In this document: positions 18,369-27,710 of the stretch, piece by piece
Numbering within the stretch: position 1 is the stretch's first letter
Layout of the letters: the number at the start of each line of letters is the position of its first letter
NCBI GenBank assembly: GCA_944383295.1
Contig: CALWOW010000039.1
Coordinates: forward strand, 10,015 to 74,014
Length of the DNA: 64,000 nt
Direction of reading: 5' to 3'
Source of the DNA: an uncultured Clostridia bacterium
GTDB taxonomy: Bacteria > Bacillota > Clostridia > Christensenellales > UBA1242
Notes under the pieces: model-generated
What the model was told of the DNA's origin: nothing
Seen by the model: the letters and a program-made list of their open reading frames with translations, nothing else
Database searches by the model: none
Made by a program: the position numbers and the translations under genes

Positions 18369-19336
18369 TTAAGCAACCCCAAAACGTTTTTCGTTTGATT
18401 TAATATAGCGGATAAAATTTTTTCGTATTCGCCAACCATTTTCAAACCACTTGCTCGAGTATGTCCACCGCCATTAAATTTTTTCGCAATCAATGAAACA
18501 TCTACGCCATCACAGGTTGTACGCAAAGAGACATGAAACACACCTTTTTCGTGTTCTGAAATACTAATCGCAACTTTAACCCCATTTATGCTTTGAATTA
18601 CACTAACAATATTTTTGCCTTCACTATAAGAAGCCTTAGTTTCGACAAAATCGTTTGAACGCAATGTAGAAACCGCAATTTGACCATTTCCAAAAAACTT
18701 GACAGAATTATAAGCTCTTTTTGTAATTTCAAATCCTTCTTTCGATATAGAACAGAAATTTTCTTGCACTATCTCGTCCATTTTTATACCTGTTTTGGCA
18801 AGTTTAGTCAATACTTCAAAAGTAGAAGATTTTACATTTGAATAAATGAAACCACCTGTATCACTATAGATACCTATGTAGAAAAATGTAGCTAACTTTT
18901 GATTTAATTTGAAATATTTTTCAAATAGATTAAACACAACTTCGCAAGCACTTGATTCCCCACCTTTTACATAATTGTATTTTAAATACATTGAATTATC
19001 TTTGTGATGGTCAATGTTAAATGTTATAGCTTTATCTTTTTTTGCCACTATTTCATTTGGTACTAATTTTAATTCGGCAGTATCAACACATATTATTACA
19101 TCATAGTCTTTTTGGGCAGTTGTTAAAAAATTATTCTCTCTAACTACTTTACCTACACTTAAATCTAATGGCTTATCCACAAGAATATCTGCTTTAATTT
19201 TATTTTGAGACAAAATTTCTTGCATTGCAAGACTTGCACATAAGCAGTCGTAATCAGGGTTTTTATGACCAGAAATAGCCACGCTATTCGCATGGCTACA
19301 TTCTCGTAATAATTTTTTTGCAAAATTATTAATCAT
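18365..19336 (-). CDS. nrnA: DHH/DHHA1 phosphoesterase (NrnA-like oligoribonuclease / pAp phosphatase)
   Basis: Motifs GHKNPDYDCLCAS, NIDHHKDN, and GGGHTRASG. I place the start at the ATG at 19336 (MINNFAKKLL), because the tracked start at 19375 is a TTG with no RBS. 4-nt overlap with truB. Confidence 0.85.
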   Translation of the reverse strand: MINNFAKKLLRECSHANSVAISGHKNPDYDCLCASLAMQEILSQNKIKADILVDKPLDLSVGKVVRENNFLTTAQKDYDVIICVDTAELKLVPNEIVAKKDKAITFNIDHHKDNSMYLKYNYVKGGESSACEVVFNLFEKYFKLNQKLATFFYIGIYSDTGGFIYSNVKSSTFEVLTKLAKTGIKMDEIVQENFCSISKEGFEITKRAYNSVKFFGNGQIAVSTLRSNDFVETKASYSEGKNIVSVIQSINGVKVAISISEHEKGVFHVSLRTTCDGVDVSLIAKKFNGGGHTRASGLKMVGEYEKILSAILNQTKNVLGLLK

Positions 19337-19703
19337 TGTTATTTTTATTCTCCTTTGGTATATTGAGCGAATCAATTAATTTATTCATTTTTTCACTATT
19401 TTCAAATCCCTCGTCAAGTTTGAAATGTAGTTCAGGAGTTATACGCAAATCTACCTTACTAGCGAGCAACTTTCTTATAAAACCAGCGCTATGCTGTAAA
19501 GCATTGAATTTTTTTATTACTTCTTTTTTATCTTTATCATAAATACTAACCATTATGGTACAATGACTTAAATCATTTGTAGTATTTACATTCACTATAC
19601 TTATCAAACCAGTAAGTCTAGGGTCGTGAATTTCTTCTGCGAGAATACTAGCCAATGCTCGCTTAATTTCGCTGTTTATCCTTTGCAATCTAACTTCTTG
19701 CAT
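19329..19703 (-). CDS. rbfA: Ribosome-binding factor A
   Basis: RINSEIKRALASILAEEIHDPRL... is a typical RbfA KH-like sequence. Lies downstream of infB. Confidence 0.92.
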   Translation of the reverse strand: MQEVRLQRINSEIKRALASILAEEIHDPRLTGLISIVNVNTTNDLSHCTIMVSIYDKDKKEVIKKFNALQHSAGFIRKLLASKVDLRITPELHFKLDEGFENSEKMNKLIDSLNIPKENKNNND

Positions 19704-19711
19704 AATACCTC

Positions 19712-22099
19712 CTAATCACGTTCTACTTCTACCATCACAAATGCTTCTATCATATCTTCTAACAAAATATCGTTGTGCCCTTCCATTTTGATACCACATT
19801 CCATTCCTGCGACAACTTCTTTAACATCTTCACGGTCACGTTGTAAGGTTGTAATTGTTGTTTCAACTATCTTTTCACCTTTCCTTAATAATCTAATCTT
19901 GCAGTTTTTGGTGATTTTACCATCTTTTACTATACAACCAGCAACTGTGCCTATACGACTAATTTTAAATGTCCTAATAACTTCGGCATGACCTATAACT
20001 TGTTCTTGGAAGATTGGAGCACGCATATCTTTGATTGTCTTTGTTACATATTCAATAATTTGATAAATAATTTTACTTAAATAAATTTGCACTTTATCAT
20101 GTTCGGCAAGTGTAGCCGCTTTGGAGTCAGGCTTTACATTAAATCCAATAATAATTGCTTTTGCACTTTTTGCTAAAATTACATCATTTTCATTTATTGG
20201 GCCAACCCCACCATGAATACATTCAACACGAACCTCTTCGTTGTTGATTTTATTCAATATATCCGTCAAAGCTTCAAACGAACCTTGAACATCTGCTTTA
20301 ACAATTATGTCTAATACTTTCTTTTCACTGTCAGCAGATTTAGCCAAAAATTCTTCAACTGAAAAGGCATTTTTAGCATTAATTTTATCTTGTTGAATTT
20401 TACGCTTACGTTCCGCCAAAACATCTTTACTAAATTTAGCATCAACAGCATATAATTGGTCACCAGCATTTGGAACCCCATCTAGTCCCAAAACTGCGAC
20501 AGGGGCGCTTGGTAATGCTTTACGAATATTTTTACCCTTATCATCTATTAACGCACGAACTTTACCAACATGCACACCCGAAATGATAGTATCTCCCACT
20601 TTTAGGGTACCATTTAAAATTATTGCTGTGGCAATAGGGCCTTTACCTTTATCAAGTTTTGCTTCGATTACCATAGCTAGAGCATTACGGTCTGGGTTTG
20701 CTTTTAATTCACTCATATCAGCAACCAACAATACCATTTCAAGCAACTTATCAACACCCTGGCCTGTGAGAGCAGAAATAGGAACAAAAATTGTATCTCC
20801 ACCCCACTCTTCTGGCATTACATCTGCTTCAGCTAATTGTTGTTTAACTCTTTCAAAGTTAGCTTCTGGCTTATCCATTTTGTTTACTGCGACAATCATT
20901 GGAATTTTAGCAGATTTGATATGCTTAATCGCTTCCAAAGTTTGAGGTTTTACACCATCATCACCCGCTACTACTAATATAGCGATATCGGTAACGCTTG
21001 CTCCACGAGCACGCATTGCACTAAATGCCTCGTGACCTGGTGTATCTATGAATGTAATTAAACGATTCATTGTTTTAATTTGATAAGCAGAAATATTTTG
21101 AGTAATACCACCAGCTTCTTGGCTTTGTATATGAGTTTTACGAATGAAATCGAGAAGACTTGTTTTACCGTGGTCAACGTGACCTAAAACAGTAACTATT
21201 GGAGGTCTAGCTTCTGTGTGTTCATCTTCACTACCTTCAACAGCACCAAATTCTTCTGCCAACTTTTCTTCGTATGATTTTTCAAGTTTTTGTTCGAGCA
21301 CAACACCCAACTCACTTGCAACTAATTCGGCAGTAGTAAAATCAATACTTGAATTAACATTTGACATCATACCCAAAACCATTAATTGCTTCAATATATC
21401 AGCAACTGACCTACCTGTCTTTTCCGATAATTGTTTTACAGTTATGGTTTCGGTTGTTATGACAGCATGGTCAATTGGAGCAGAAACGACAGCAGGTTGT
21501 TCTTTTGGCTTTTTGTTCTTAATCTTTCTAGTGCTACGAATTCGCTCTTCAATCGAACTTTCTTCAATCAAACCTCTACGCAATAAACTACGCTTGTTTG
21601 AACGTCCCAAATCATCAAAATTATTTTTCCTGCGGTCATCTTTCTTTTTATCAAAAACACGCTTGTTATTTGTTGATACAGGTATATCAATATTTACCAC
21701 AGTACTGCTAACACGTGGCTTTGCAAAATTATTGTTTTGTTGCTGTGGCTTTTTATTTTCTTTAAAATTGTTTTCTTTATTAAATCTTTGCGCATTTTGA
21801 TTTGGACGTTGCTGTCTATTGCGATTGTTATCAAATTGACGAACAACGGTTTTAGGCTCCATTTTGTCAAGTGGCTTTTTAGCCATTTCATCTTGAGTAG
21901 GTACGGTTTTCGCTGTTTTTTGCTCATTTTTACTATCAATTTCACGCAGTAAAACACGGATACTTTTCGCTATATTCTCCAAATCCGAACGCATTGCATC
22001 TGTATCCTTATTCATTTTCATTAAATTTTGATTATTAATTTCCGAAATCCTGCGCAAATTATCAAATGCTGGTTTTTTGTTTTGATTTTGATTAGTCAA
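19712..22099 (-). CDS. infB: Translation initiation factor IF-2
   Basis: Low-complexity N/Q/K-rich N-terminus followed by a GTPase (GHVDHGKTSLLD, DTPGHEAF, NKMD) and the C-terminal IF2 domains. Confidence 0.97.
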   Translation of the reverse strand: MTNQNQNKKPAFDNLRRISEINNQNLMKMNKDTDAMRSDLENIAKSIRVLLREIDSKNEQKTAKTVPTQDEMAKKPLDKMEPKTVVRQFDNNRNRQQRPNQNAQRFNKENNFKENKKPQQQNNNFAKPRVSSTVVNIDIPVSTNNKRVFDKKKDDRRKNNFDDLGRSNKRSLLRRGLIEESSIEERIRSTRKIKNKKPKEQPAVVSAPIDHAVITTETITVKQLSEKTGRSVADILKQLMVLGMMSNVNSSIDFTTAELVASELGVVLEQKLEKSYEEKLAEEFGAVEGSEDEHTEARPPIVTVLGHVDHGKTSLLDFIRKTHIQSQEAGGITQNISAYQIKTMNRLITFIDTPGHEAFSAMRARGASVTDIAILVVAGDDGVKPQTLEAIKHIKSAKIPMIVAVNKMDKPEANFERVKQQLAEADVMPEEWGGDTIFVPISALTGQGVDKLLEMVLLVADMSELKANPDRNALAMVIEAKLDKGKGPIATAIILNGTLKVGDTIISGVHVGKVRALIDDKGKNIRKALPSAPVAVLGLDGVPNAGDQLYAVDAKFSKDVLAERKRKIQQDKINAKNAFSVEEFLAKSADSEKKVLDIIVKADVQGSFEALTDILNKINNEEVRVECIHGGVGPINENDVILAKSAKAIIIGFNVKPDSKAATLAEHDKVQIYLSKIIYQIIEYVTKTIKDMRAPIFQEQVIGHAEVIRTFKISRIGTVAGCIVKDGKITKNCKIRLLRKGEKIVETTITTLQRDREDVKEVVAGMECGIKMEGHNDILLEDMIEAFVMVEVERD

Positions 22100-22100
22100 A

Positions 22101-22400
22101 CTAATTCTCCTTATCTAATATGAATTTTATCTGCATAGCCAAATGTCTATTGGTGATACCAATGGCTTTACAATTTTCCGTATTTAAAATTTGGTCTAAA
22201 GTAAAATACTCCATCTTATGTAATGGTATTTTTCTATTTACTGAAATATAACACATTTCCTCATAAAGATTGTTTGAGGCTGTATCGCAAACTATTAATA
22301 GATAAATCTCATTTTTTGTTGATTTGATATTATCTAGTCCATAAATAACACCATTCGCTTTTTGTGCTAACCCAATATATCTACCTATTTCCATTTCCAT
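22101..22400 (-). CDS. ylxQ: L7Ae-family RNA-binding protein YlxQ
   Basis: 99 aa between ylxR and infB. L7Ae-like GLAQKANGVIYG motif and conserved operon position. Confidence 0.8.
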   Translation of the reverse strand: MEMEIGRYIGLAQKANGVIYGLDNIKSTKNEIYLLIVCDTASNNLYEEMCYISVNRKIPLHKMEYFTLDQILNTENCKAIGITNRHLAMQIKFILDKEN

Positions 22401-22656
22401 TTACATATTCCTCCAATTTTTCGTAAATTGAATCGTCAATGTTGCATTTAAAAGCACGATTTAGCACTTTCCTTTTCTTTGCTAACTGAAAAGCTTCTGT
22501 AGATTTTGAGATGTAAACACCTCGACCTGATATCTTTTTAGCGTCATCAATCTTGATGCCATCTTGCGTTTTAACCAACCTAATCAACTGTGATTTAGGT
22601 AACATTTCTCGTGTTGCGACACACATACGCAGTGGGATGTGTTTTTCATAAACCAT
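22381..22656 (-). CDS. ylxR: YlxR/RnpM family protein (DUF448)
   Basis: PLRMCVATREMLPKSQLIRLV...GRGVYI is the DUF448 signature. Lies immediately downstream of nusA. Confidence 0.88.
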   Translation of the reverse strand: MVYEKHIPLRMCVATREMLPKSQLIRLVKTQDGIKIDDAKKISGRGVYISKSTEAFQLAKKRKVLNRAFKCNIDDSIYEKLEEYVNGNGNR

Positions 22657-22668
22657 ATAAAACCTCTA

Positions 22669-23814
22669 TTAAATAGTTTCTATATCTTCAAAAATGTCTA
22701 TTTCGTTATCTGCTCCATCTTTATCAAAAATGGAAGTATATTCGTGAACTTGTTTGCTTTGCTCTTCTTTTTCTGAAGAAGATTCACTCTTAACATCAAT
22801 CTTCCAACCTGTCAAACGAGCAGCAAGACGAACATTACAACCTTCTTTACCTATCGCTAAACTTAATTTATTGTCAGGAACTATTACACGACTTGATTTT
22901 GTTTCATTATTTAATTCTACACTTACCACATCTGCAGGGCTTAATGCATTAGCTATATATTCAAATACATCATCACTATAACGAACTACATCAATTTTTT
23001 CACCATGTAATTCATCAATTACTGCGTTTATACGAGCACCATGTGCACCAACGCAAGCACCGACTGGGTCAATATTAGGGTCCGCGCTGTAAACGCTCAA
23101 TTTGGTTCTATTACCAGCTTCTCTTGCTATTGATTTAATCTCAACTTCGCCATTTGTTAATTCAGGAACTTCAATCTCAAATAATTTACGTACAAATGCA
23201 GGTGTAGTACGGCTAACTTGAACTTCAGCGCCAAATCCATTGTCTCGCACTCTCTTAATGTGCACTTTTATACGGTCACCTATCTCTAATTTCTCTCCTG
23301 GAATAATATCCTTTTCGCCCAAAACACCTTCTGTTTCTGTTCCACTCAATTCAACGTAAACATTATTTGCATCTTTTCTACGAACTATTGCGGTTGTAAG
23401 CTGGTCACCCTTTGCGTTTAATTCAGCACTCAAATTATCACGCTCTGCCTCACGTAAACGTTGCATAACTACCTGTCTTGCTGTCTGGGCTGCAATTCTA
23501 CCAAAACTTTTTGGTGTTACTTCCTCTGAAATTATATCACCAACTTGATAAGAAGATTTAATTTGTTTTGCTTCTTCAAGACTGATTTGTTTGTCTGGGT
23601 CTTCCACCTCATCAACAACTGTTTTATAAGCTAATACCTTAATAGTTCCTTTCTCTGGATTTAATTTTACAGTTGCGCTTCGTGCCTCACCAAAATTCTT
23701 TTTATACGCACTTGTCAAAGCACTTTCCAAAGCAGAAATAAAAAACTCCCTATTAATCTTTTTCTCTTTTTCCAACTGCTCCAATGCTAAAAAGAAATCT
23801 TTACTGTTAATCAT
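22669..23814 (-). CDS. nusA: Transcription termination/antitermination factor NusA
   Basis: 381 aa with the NusA N-terminal domain, an S1 domain, and two KH domains (GACVGAHGARINAV; AIGKEGCNVRLAARLTGWKIDV). Confidence 0.96.
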   Translation of the reverse strand: MINSKDFFLALEQLEKEKKINREFFISALESALTSAYKKNFGEARSATVKLNPEKGTIKVLAYKTVVDEVEDPDKQISLEEAKQIKSSYQVGDIISEEVTPKSFGRIAAQTARQVVMQRLREAERDNLSAELNAKGDQLTTAIVRRKDANNVYVELSGTETEGVLGEKDIIPGEKLEIGDRIKVHIKRVRDNGFGAEVQVSRTTPAFVRKLFEIEVPELTNGEVEIKSIAREAGNRTKLSVYSADPNIDPVGACVGAHGARINAVIDELHGEKIDVVRYSDDVFEYIANALSPADVVSVELNNETKSSRVIVPDNKLSLAIGKEGCNVRLAARLTGWKIDVKSESSSEKEEQSKQVHEYTSIFDKDGADNEIDIFEDIETI

Positions 23815-23847
23815 TTATAAAAAACTCCTGTGGTTTCATATTAAAAG

Positions 23848-23873
23848 TTATGAGTGGGTCGCCCCACTCATAA
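23848..23873 (-). terminator. GC-rich hairpin in the nusA 5' leader (terminator/attenuator candidate)
   Basis: Minus-strand RNA reads UUAUGAGUGGGGC-GA-CCCACUCAUAA followed by the interrupted U-tract CUUUUAAU. It lies between the promoter at 23886..23914 and the nusA RBS. Confidence 0.6.
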
Positions 23874-23885
23874 TGCTTTTGTTGT

Positions 23886-23914
23886 ATTATAACATAGTTT
23901 ACCAAAAAACGCAA
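23886..23914 (-). promoter_or_regulatory. Sigma-A promoter upstream of nusA (extended -10)
   Basis: TTGCGT (23914..23909), a 17-nt spacer ending in TGT, then TATAAT (23891..23886). Confidence 0.6.
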
Positions 23915-23938
23915 TAGTTTAAACAAAGTTTTGCTAAA

Positions 23939-25492
23939 TTAAATTAACTTTATAAAAACTTTCGCAGTAGCATACGCATCTGCTAATGCTCTATGTGCGT
24001 TTTCAAGTGTAATATTTAATGCCTTAACGACCGTACCTAATTTATAATTACTTAAACTTGGCACTTTATCTCTTGCTAGTTTCAATGTATCAATTTGTTC
24101 ATTATTAAATAACAATCTATATTTTTTTCCACCTAAATCTAAAAATTGATAGTCAAAATCAATATTGTACGCACTCAATACAGCCCCATAAGTAAATTTA
24201 TAAAAATCTGGTAAAACTTGGTCAATAGTTGGCGCATCTAAAACCATTGAATTGTCAATGTGAGTAATATCTGTTATTTCTTGCGGAATTGGAGTTTTGG
24301 GATTGATTAAAGTTTGGAAAGTTTCGATTATAGAACCTTTCTTTATTTTTACAGCACCGATTTCTATAATTGAACAACTATTTGCATCTAGCCCTGTAGT
24401 CTCAAAGTCAAATACAACCACTTCATCATGCGTATCCCAATAATCCGTTTTTTTAGTAGTCATACTAAATAAGTCCATTTGTTGCACTTCTGTTACAGGT
24501 TTAGGATGAACATAAAAATATTCATCATTTACTTTTCTATAAACTTTAACTATTTCCTTTGTCAAAATATCACAAAGGTAAAGACTGTTTGCTTTAATGT
24601 TTACCCTTTCATTAAATACACTTACTGTCCCACCTACACAAACGCTCAAGCCCTCAGTCACTAATTCTAGTTGCTTTATCGTGTTTTCGGTTGGGAAAAT
24701 TACCACATCAACTTTACCACTTAAATCTTGCAAAGTAAAAGTAAATTTCTTTCTTTCTTCGGGTTCCGCCCCCGCTTGTTTTGATTTTTTCATAAAAGTT
24801 GACATTATTGGATTTTGCACAACACCCGCTAGCAATACTGCATCACCATTATTTTTTGACATTGATTTTATAAAAATGGGATTTTCACAAACGGTAGGTT
24901 TACCGTAAATGCAGTCACCTATTTTTACATTATATTTGTTTAGTTTTTCTTCTTGCGCAATACAATCTTCATAACCCGTATCACATTTAGGTTCTTCATT
25001 AATAAGTTTTTTTAAATCTATTGCATTTTCTTTTTCAACCAAGGATATATTAAACTCTATAAAAAACTTATGAGATAAAAACTCAATTAAGTCATTAACA
25101 AACCCCTTGTTCTCTAATACCTGTTTCGTCATAGGGTCGCAGTTAAATATTATGCTAGCACCATTTTCATTTGGTTGTATGTCTATGTCATCTTCCGCAA
25201 ATACCGTACTAAGCGCTTTATATTTTAATTCAAAATATTCATATAGTCTTTTCTTGATTACATCATAATCAAAACAACTTTTATTAAACTTGACATTCAC
25301 TTTACAAGTATCAAATAGGTCGTCTTCGATTAATTTTTTTATTTTATTTTTCTCATCATCACTTAATGGAGATTTTTCCGAATAAACAAAACTCAAAGTG
25401 CATTCATCATTTTTTGTATTATAAAATGCTTCATCTAATTTTAGTCTATCTTCCGAAAATCCTTCTTGTTTTAACTTTTGTAATGTCTGCAC
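23939..25492 (-). CDS. PolC-like N-terminal domain + OB-fold + DEDDh 3'-5' exonuclease, without polymerase domains
   Basis: The C-terminal ~170 aa carry VVVFDFETTGL (Exo I), SAYNIDFDYQFL (Exo II), and HRALADAYATAKVF (Exo III, DEDDh), closely resembling the PolC proofreading insert. Residues ~195-310 look like an OB fold (VLLAGVV...FTLQDLSGKVDVVIF...GGTVSVFNERVNIKA). No PHP or palm motifs. Confidence 0.75.
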   Translation of the reverse strand: MQTLQKLKQEGFSEDRLKLDEAFYNTKNDECTLSFVYSEKSPLSDDEKNKIKKLIEDDLFDTCKVNVKFNKSCFDYDVIKKRLYEYFELKYKALSTVFAEDDIDIQPNENGASIIFNCDPMTKQVLENKGFVNDLIEFLSHKFFIEFNISLVEKENAIDLKKLINEEPKCDTGYEDCIAQEEKLNKYNVKIGDCIYGKPTVCENPIFIKSMSKNNGDAVLLAGVVQNPIMSTFMKKSKQAGAEPEERKKFTFTLQDLSGKVDVVIFPTENTIKQLELVTEGLSVCVGGTVSVFNERVNIKANSLYLCDILTKEIVKVYRKVNDEYFYVHPKPVTEVQQMDLFSMTTKKTDYWDTHDEVVVFDFETTGLDANSCSIIEIGAVKIKKGSIIETFQTLINPKTPIPQEITDITHIDNSMVLDAPTIDQVLPDFYKFTYGAVLSAYNIDFDYQFLDLGGKKYRLLFNNEQIDTLKLARDKVPSLSNYKLGTVVKALNITLENAHRALADAYATAKVFIKLI

Positions 25493-25501
25493 AGTCCACC
25501 T

Positions 25502-26635
25502 CTAAATAAATAAATGATAAATATCTACAAAAATTACCAACGCAAACAAAATTAACAGTCCTGCCATATGGATATAACCTTCAACTTTTCTGTTTATAGG
25601 TTTACCCCTTATCCATTCTATAGTTGTAAACAACATTCTCGAACCATCTAATGCCGGTATTGGTAAAATATTAAATACTGCTAGGTTTGCTGCGATAAAC
25701 GGCAAGAATACAAATAGATTTGCGATGTTTTGTTGAGAATATTCCGCTATGGTAGAAATTGTAGTAAAAGGTCCACCTATATCAGCAATTCCTATACCAC
25801 CTGTCAACAGCATCCACAAGAAAACTAATACTTTCCAAGCGAACGCACAAGCCAAAGGTACACTTCTTGCCAAAGCCTCACCAAAAGTATGTTGATAAGG
25901 AACCGTTGAAAATCCTACATACAGTTGCGTTGACTCCTTGCCATCAATGTTTTGTGTATAAGCATATAAACTAGCATTTACACTAATCCACTCACTTTCA
26001 CCTTCTCTTTGAATAGTGAAATTCAAGTCGTCATATCGCTTATATGTTATATCATCAATGGTAACCTCGGTATAGTTGTCCAACTCCTCTTGAGTCATTT
26101 CACTATAATGCTTGTTAATTAAAACATTTGCGGTATTGTCGGTTATGAAATCAACCTTTACGCCATCTATTTCTCTTATAACATCATTGCTTTGAATGTT
26201 AGTTTGGAAATTTGTATCAACTTGATTTACTTTTGGAACATCATATCCAAAGCTAATTAAAAGAATAAAAGCAAATATAATAGCGGATATAAAGTTGAAG
26301 AACACACCACCAAATTGAACAATTAATCTTTTCCAAGGTTTTTTGTTGTTGAAAGCATTAGGGTCTGCATCATCTTCATCTTCGCCAGCGAAAGCACAAT
26401 AACCACCTAGCGGTATTATCCTAATACTAAATACTTCGCCAGATTTTAAAGTCTTTTTATATATTGCTTTACCAAATCCAATAGCGAATTCATTTATTTT
26501 AAACCCTAAGATTTTACCAAAGGTATAATGCCCCAACTCGTGAATAGTTATCATAACTAACAACACAAGTAGAGCAAGCAATACATAACCTATCGTAGTC
26601 ATTACACTAGCAAAACTAGCAATCATTGATAACAA
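25502..26635 (-). CDS. rseP: RIP metalloprotease RseP (site-2 protease)
   Basis: HELGHY zinc motif in TM1, a central PDZ-like region, and C-terminal NILPIPALDG. Confidence 0.93.
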   Translation of the reverse strand: MLSMIASFASVMTTIGYVLLALLVLLVMITIHELGHYTFGKILGFKINEFAIGFGKAIYKKTLKSGEVFSIRIIPLGGYCAFAGEDEDDADPNAFNNKKPWKRLIVQFGGVFFNFISAIIFAFILLISFGYDVPKVNQVDTNFQTNIQSNDVIREIDGVKVDFITDNTANVLINKHYSEMTQEELDNYTEVTIDDITYKRYDDLNFTIQREGESEWISVNASLYAYTQNIDGKESTQLYVGFSTVPYQHTFGEALARSVPLACAFAWKVLVFLWMLLTGGIGIADIGGPFTTISTIAEYSQQNIANLFVFLPFIAANLAVFNILPIPALDGSRMLFTTIEWIRGKPINRKVEGYIHMAGLLILFALVIFVDIYHLFI

Positions 26636-26658
26636 GGTAAATCCTCCTTATGTAAATA

Positions 26659-26679
26659 AATGCGGGATATGCCCGCATT
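26659..26679 (-). terminator. Hairpin between cdsA and rseP (weak terminator/attenuator)
   Basis: AAUGCGGG-CAUAU-CCCGCAUU followed by UAUUUAC and then the rseP RBS AAGGAGG. The U-tract is poor. Confidence 0.4.
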
Positions 26680-26699
26680 ATTAACTAAATATATTCATT

Positions 26700-27695
26700 T
26701 TAAACAAATAGTATGATAAAGAATATAAATATAAACAGCGCATTTACAAGTAAGCCGTTACATCTATCCATTACACCGCCGTGTCCTGGTATAATTTGAC
26801 TAAAATCTTTTACAACTGCTCTGCGTTTAAACAATGAACTAAACAAGTCGCCACACATATTGAAAATTCCGCTAAAAATACCACCAACAAAGAAAGCCCA
26901 AACACTAATTCCCAAAGCAGAGAAAAGTTGATTGTAAACAGGTATTGAATTAAATATAGCATATACAATCAATACACCTATAGTTGCACCAATTATCCCC
27001 CCAACAAGTCCTGTCCAAGATTTCCCTGGACCCAATTTCTCGAGATTAATTTTTGGTCCTTTTAAAAGTCTGCCTGTTAGCATTGCAAATGTATCAGCAA
27101 ACATTGAAGATACAAATAAAATCACTAAAGCAAATAGCCCAAAATCAACACCAGAACTTGAATAGTAGTTTGCAACATCGGATATGCTCATATAACCGAA
27201 ATGATTTAAAATAAATGCAAAACTTAAAAAGAAAGTTGGCCACAAGCATACAAAAATAGTATTCATTGCTTTGCTATAAGAATAATAAATTAAAGAACCA
27301 GAATGTCCGTCTTCGACCTTGCATTTATTACCCCATTTACTAAACATAAGCGGAATAGCAAAAAGTATAACAAACATCGCAACCAAAATAACTAAATTTA
27401 ATAAAATGAAATGATAAAAATTAAGTCCAACATTTGTTGCAATTATTATCATAATAAAGGTAAGCACAGGGAACATTCCTACACTAACTGACCAAGTTGG
27501 CCTGTCCATTTTATGAAGCAAATTTTCAACTTCATAAGCACAAATTATCATTATAGCGCCAATCAATAGGTCAAAAATATAAGCACTCAACTCACGCAAG
27601 AAAAAGCAACCTACAAGTAGCACTAATATAACAGCACCAGATATGATGCGTGGCCACCATTTTGCAGGTGTATTTACTACTTTTTTACTTTCCAT
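26700..27695 (-). CDS. cdsA: Phosphatidate cytidylyltransferase CdsA
   Basis: Polytopic membrane protein with the CDS signature SLFKRRAVVKDFSQIIPGHGGVMDRCNG near the C-terminus. At 331 aa it is longer than usual. Confidence 0.9.
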   Translation of the reverse strand: MESKKVVNTPAKWWPRIISGAVILVLLVGCFFLRELSAYIFDLLIGAIMIICAYEVENLLHKMDRPTWSVSVGMFPVLTFIMIIIATNVGLNFYHFILLNLVILVAMFVILFAIPLMFSKWGNKCKVEDGHSGSLIYYSYSKAMNTIFVCLWPTFFLSFAFILNHFGYMSISDVANYYSSSGVDFGLFALVILFVSSMFADTFAMLTGRLLKGPKINLEKLGPGKSWTGLVGGIIGATIGVLIVYAIFNSIPVYNQLFSALGISVWAFFVGGIFSGIFNMCGDLFSSLFKRRAVVKDFSQIIPGHGGVMDRCNGLLVNALFIFIFFIILFV

Positions 27696-27710
27696 TCCTT
27701 TTCTCCTTAG

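Noticed and set aside
21216-21800. 194-aa plus-strand ORF (also 20583..20945, 21737..21952, and the minus-strand alternative-frame ORF 21694..21957) inside infB
   Set aside because: It lies antisense to, or in an alternative frame of, a confidently identified IF-2 gene. The translation is low-complexity (S/F/L-rich), it has no RBS, and it is the kind of shadow ORF produced by biased codon usage.
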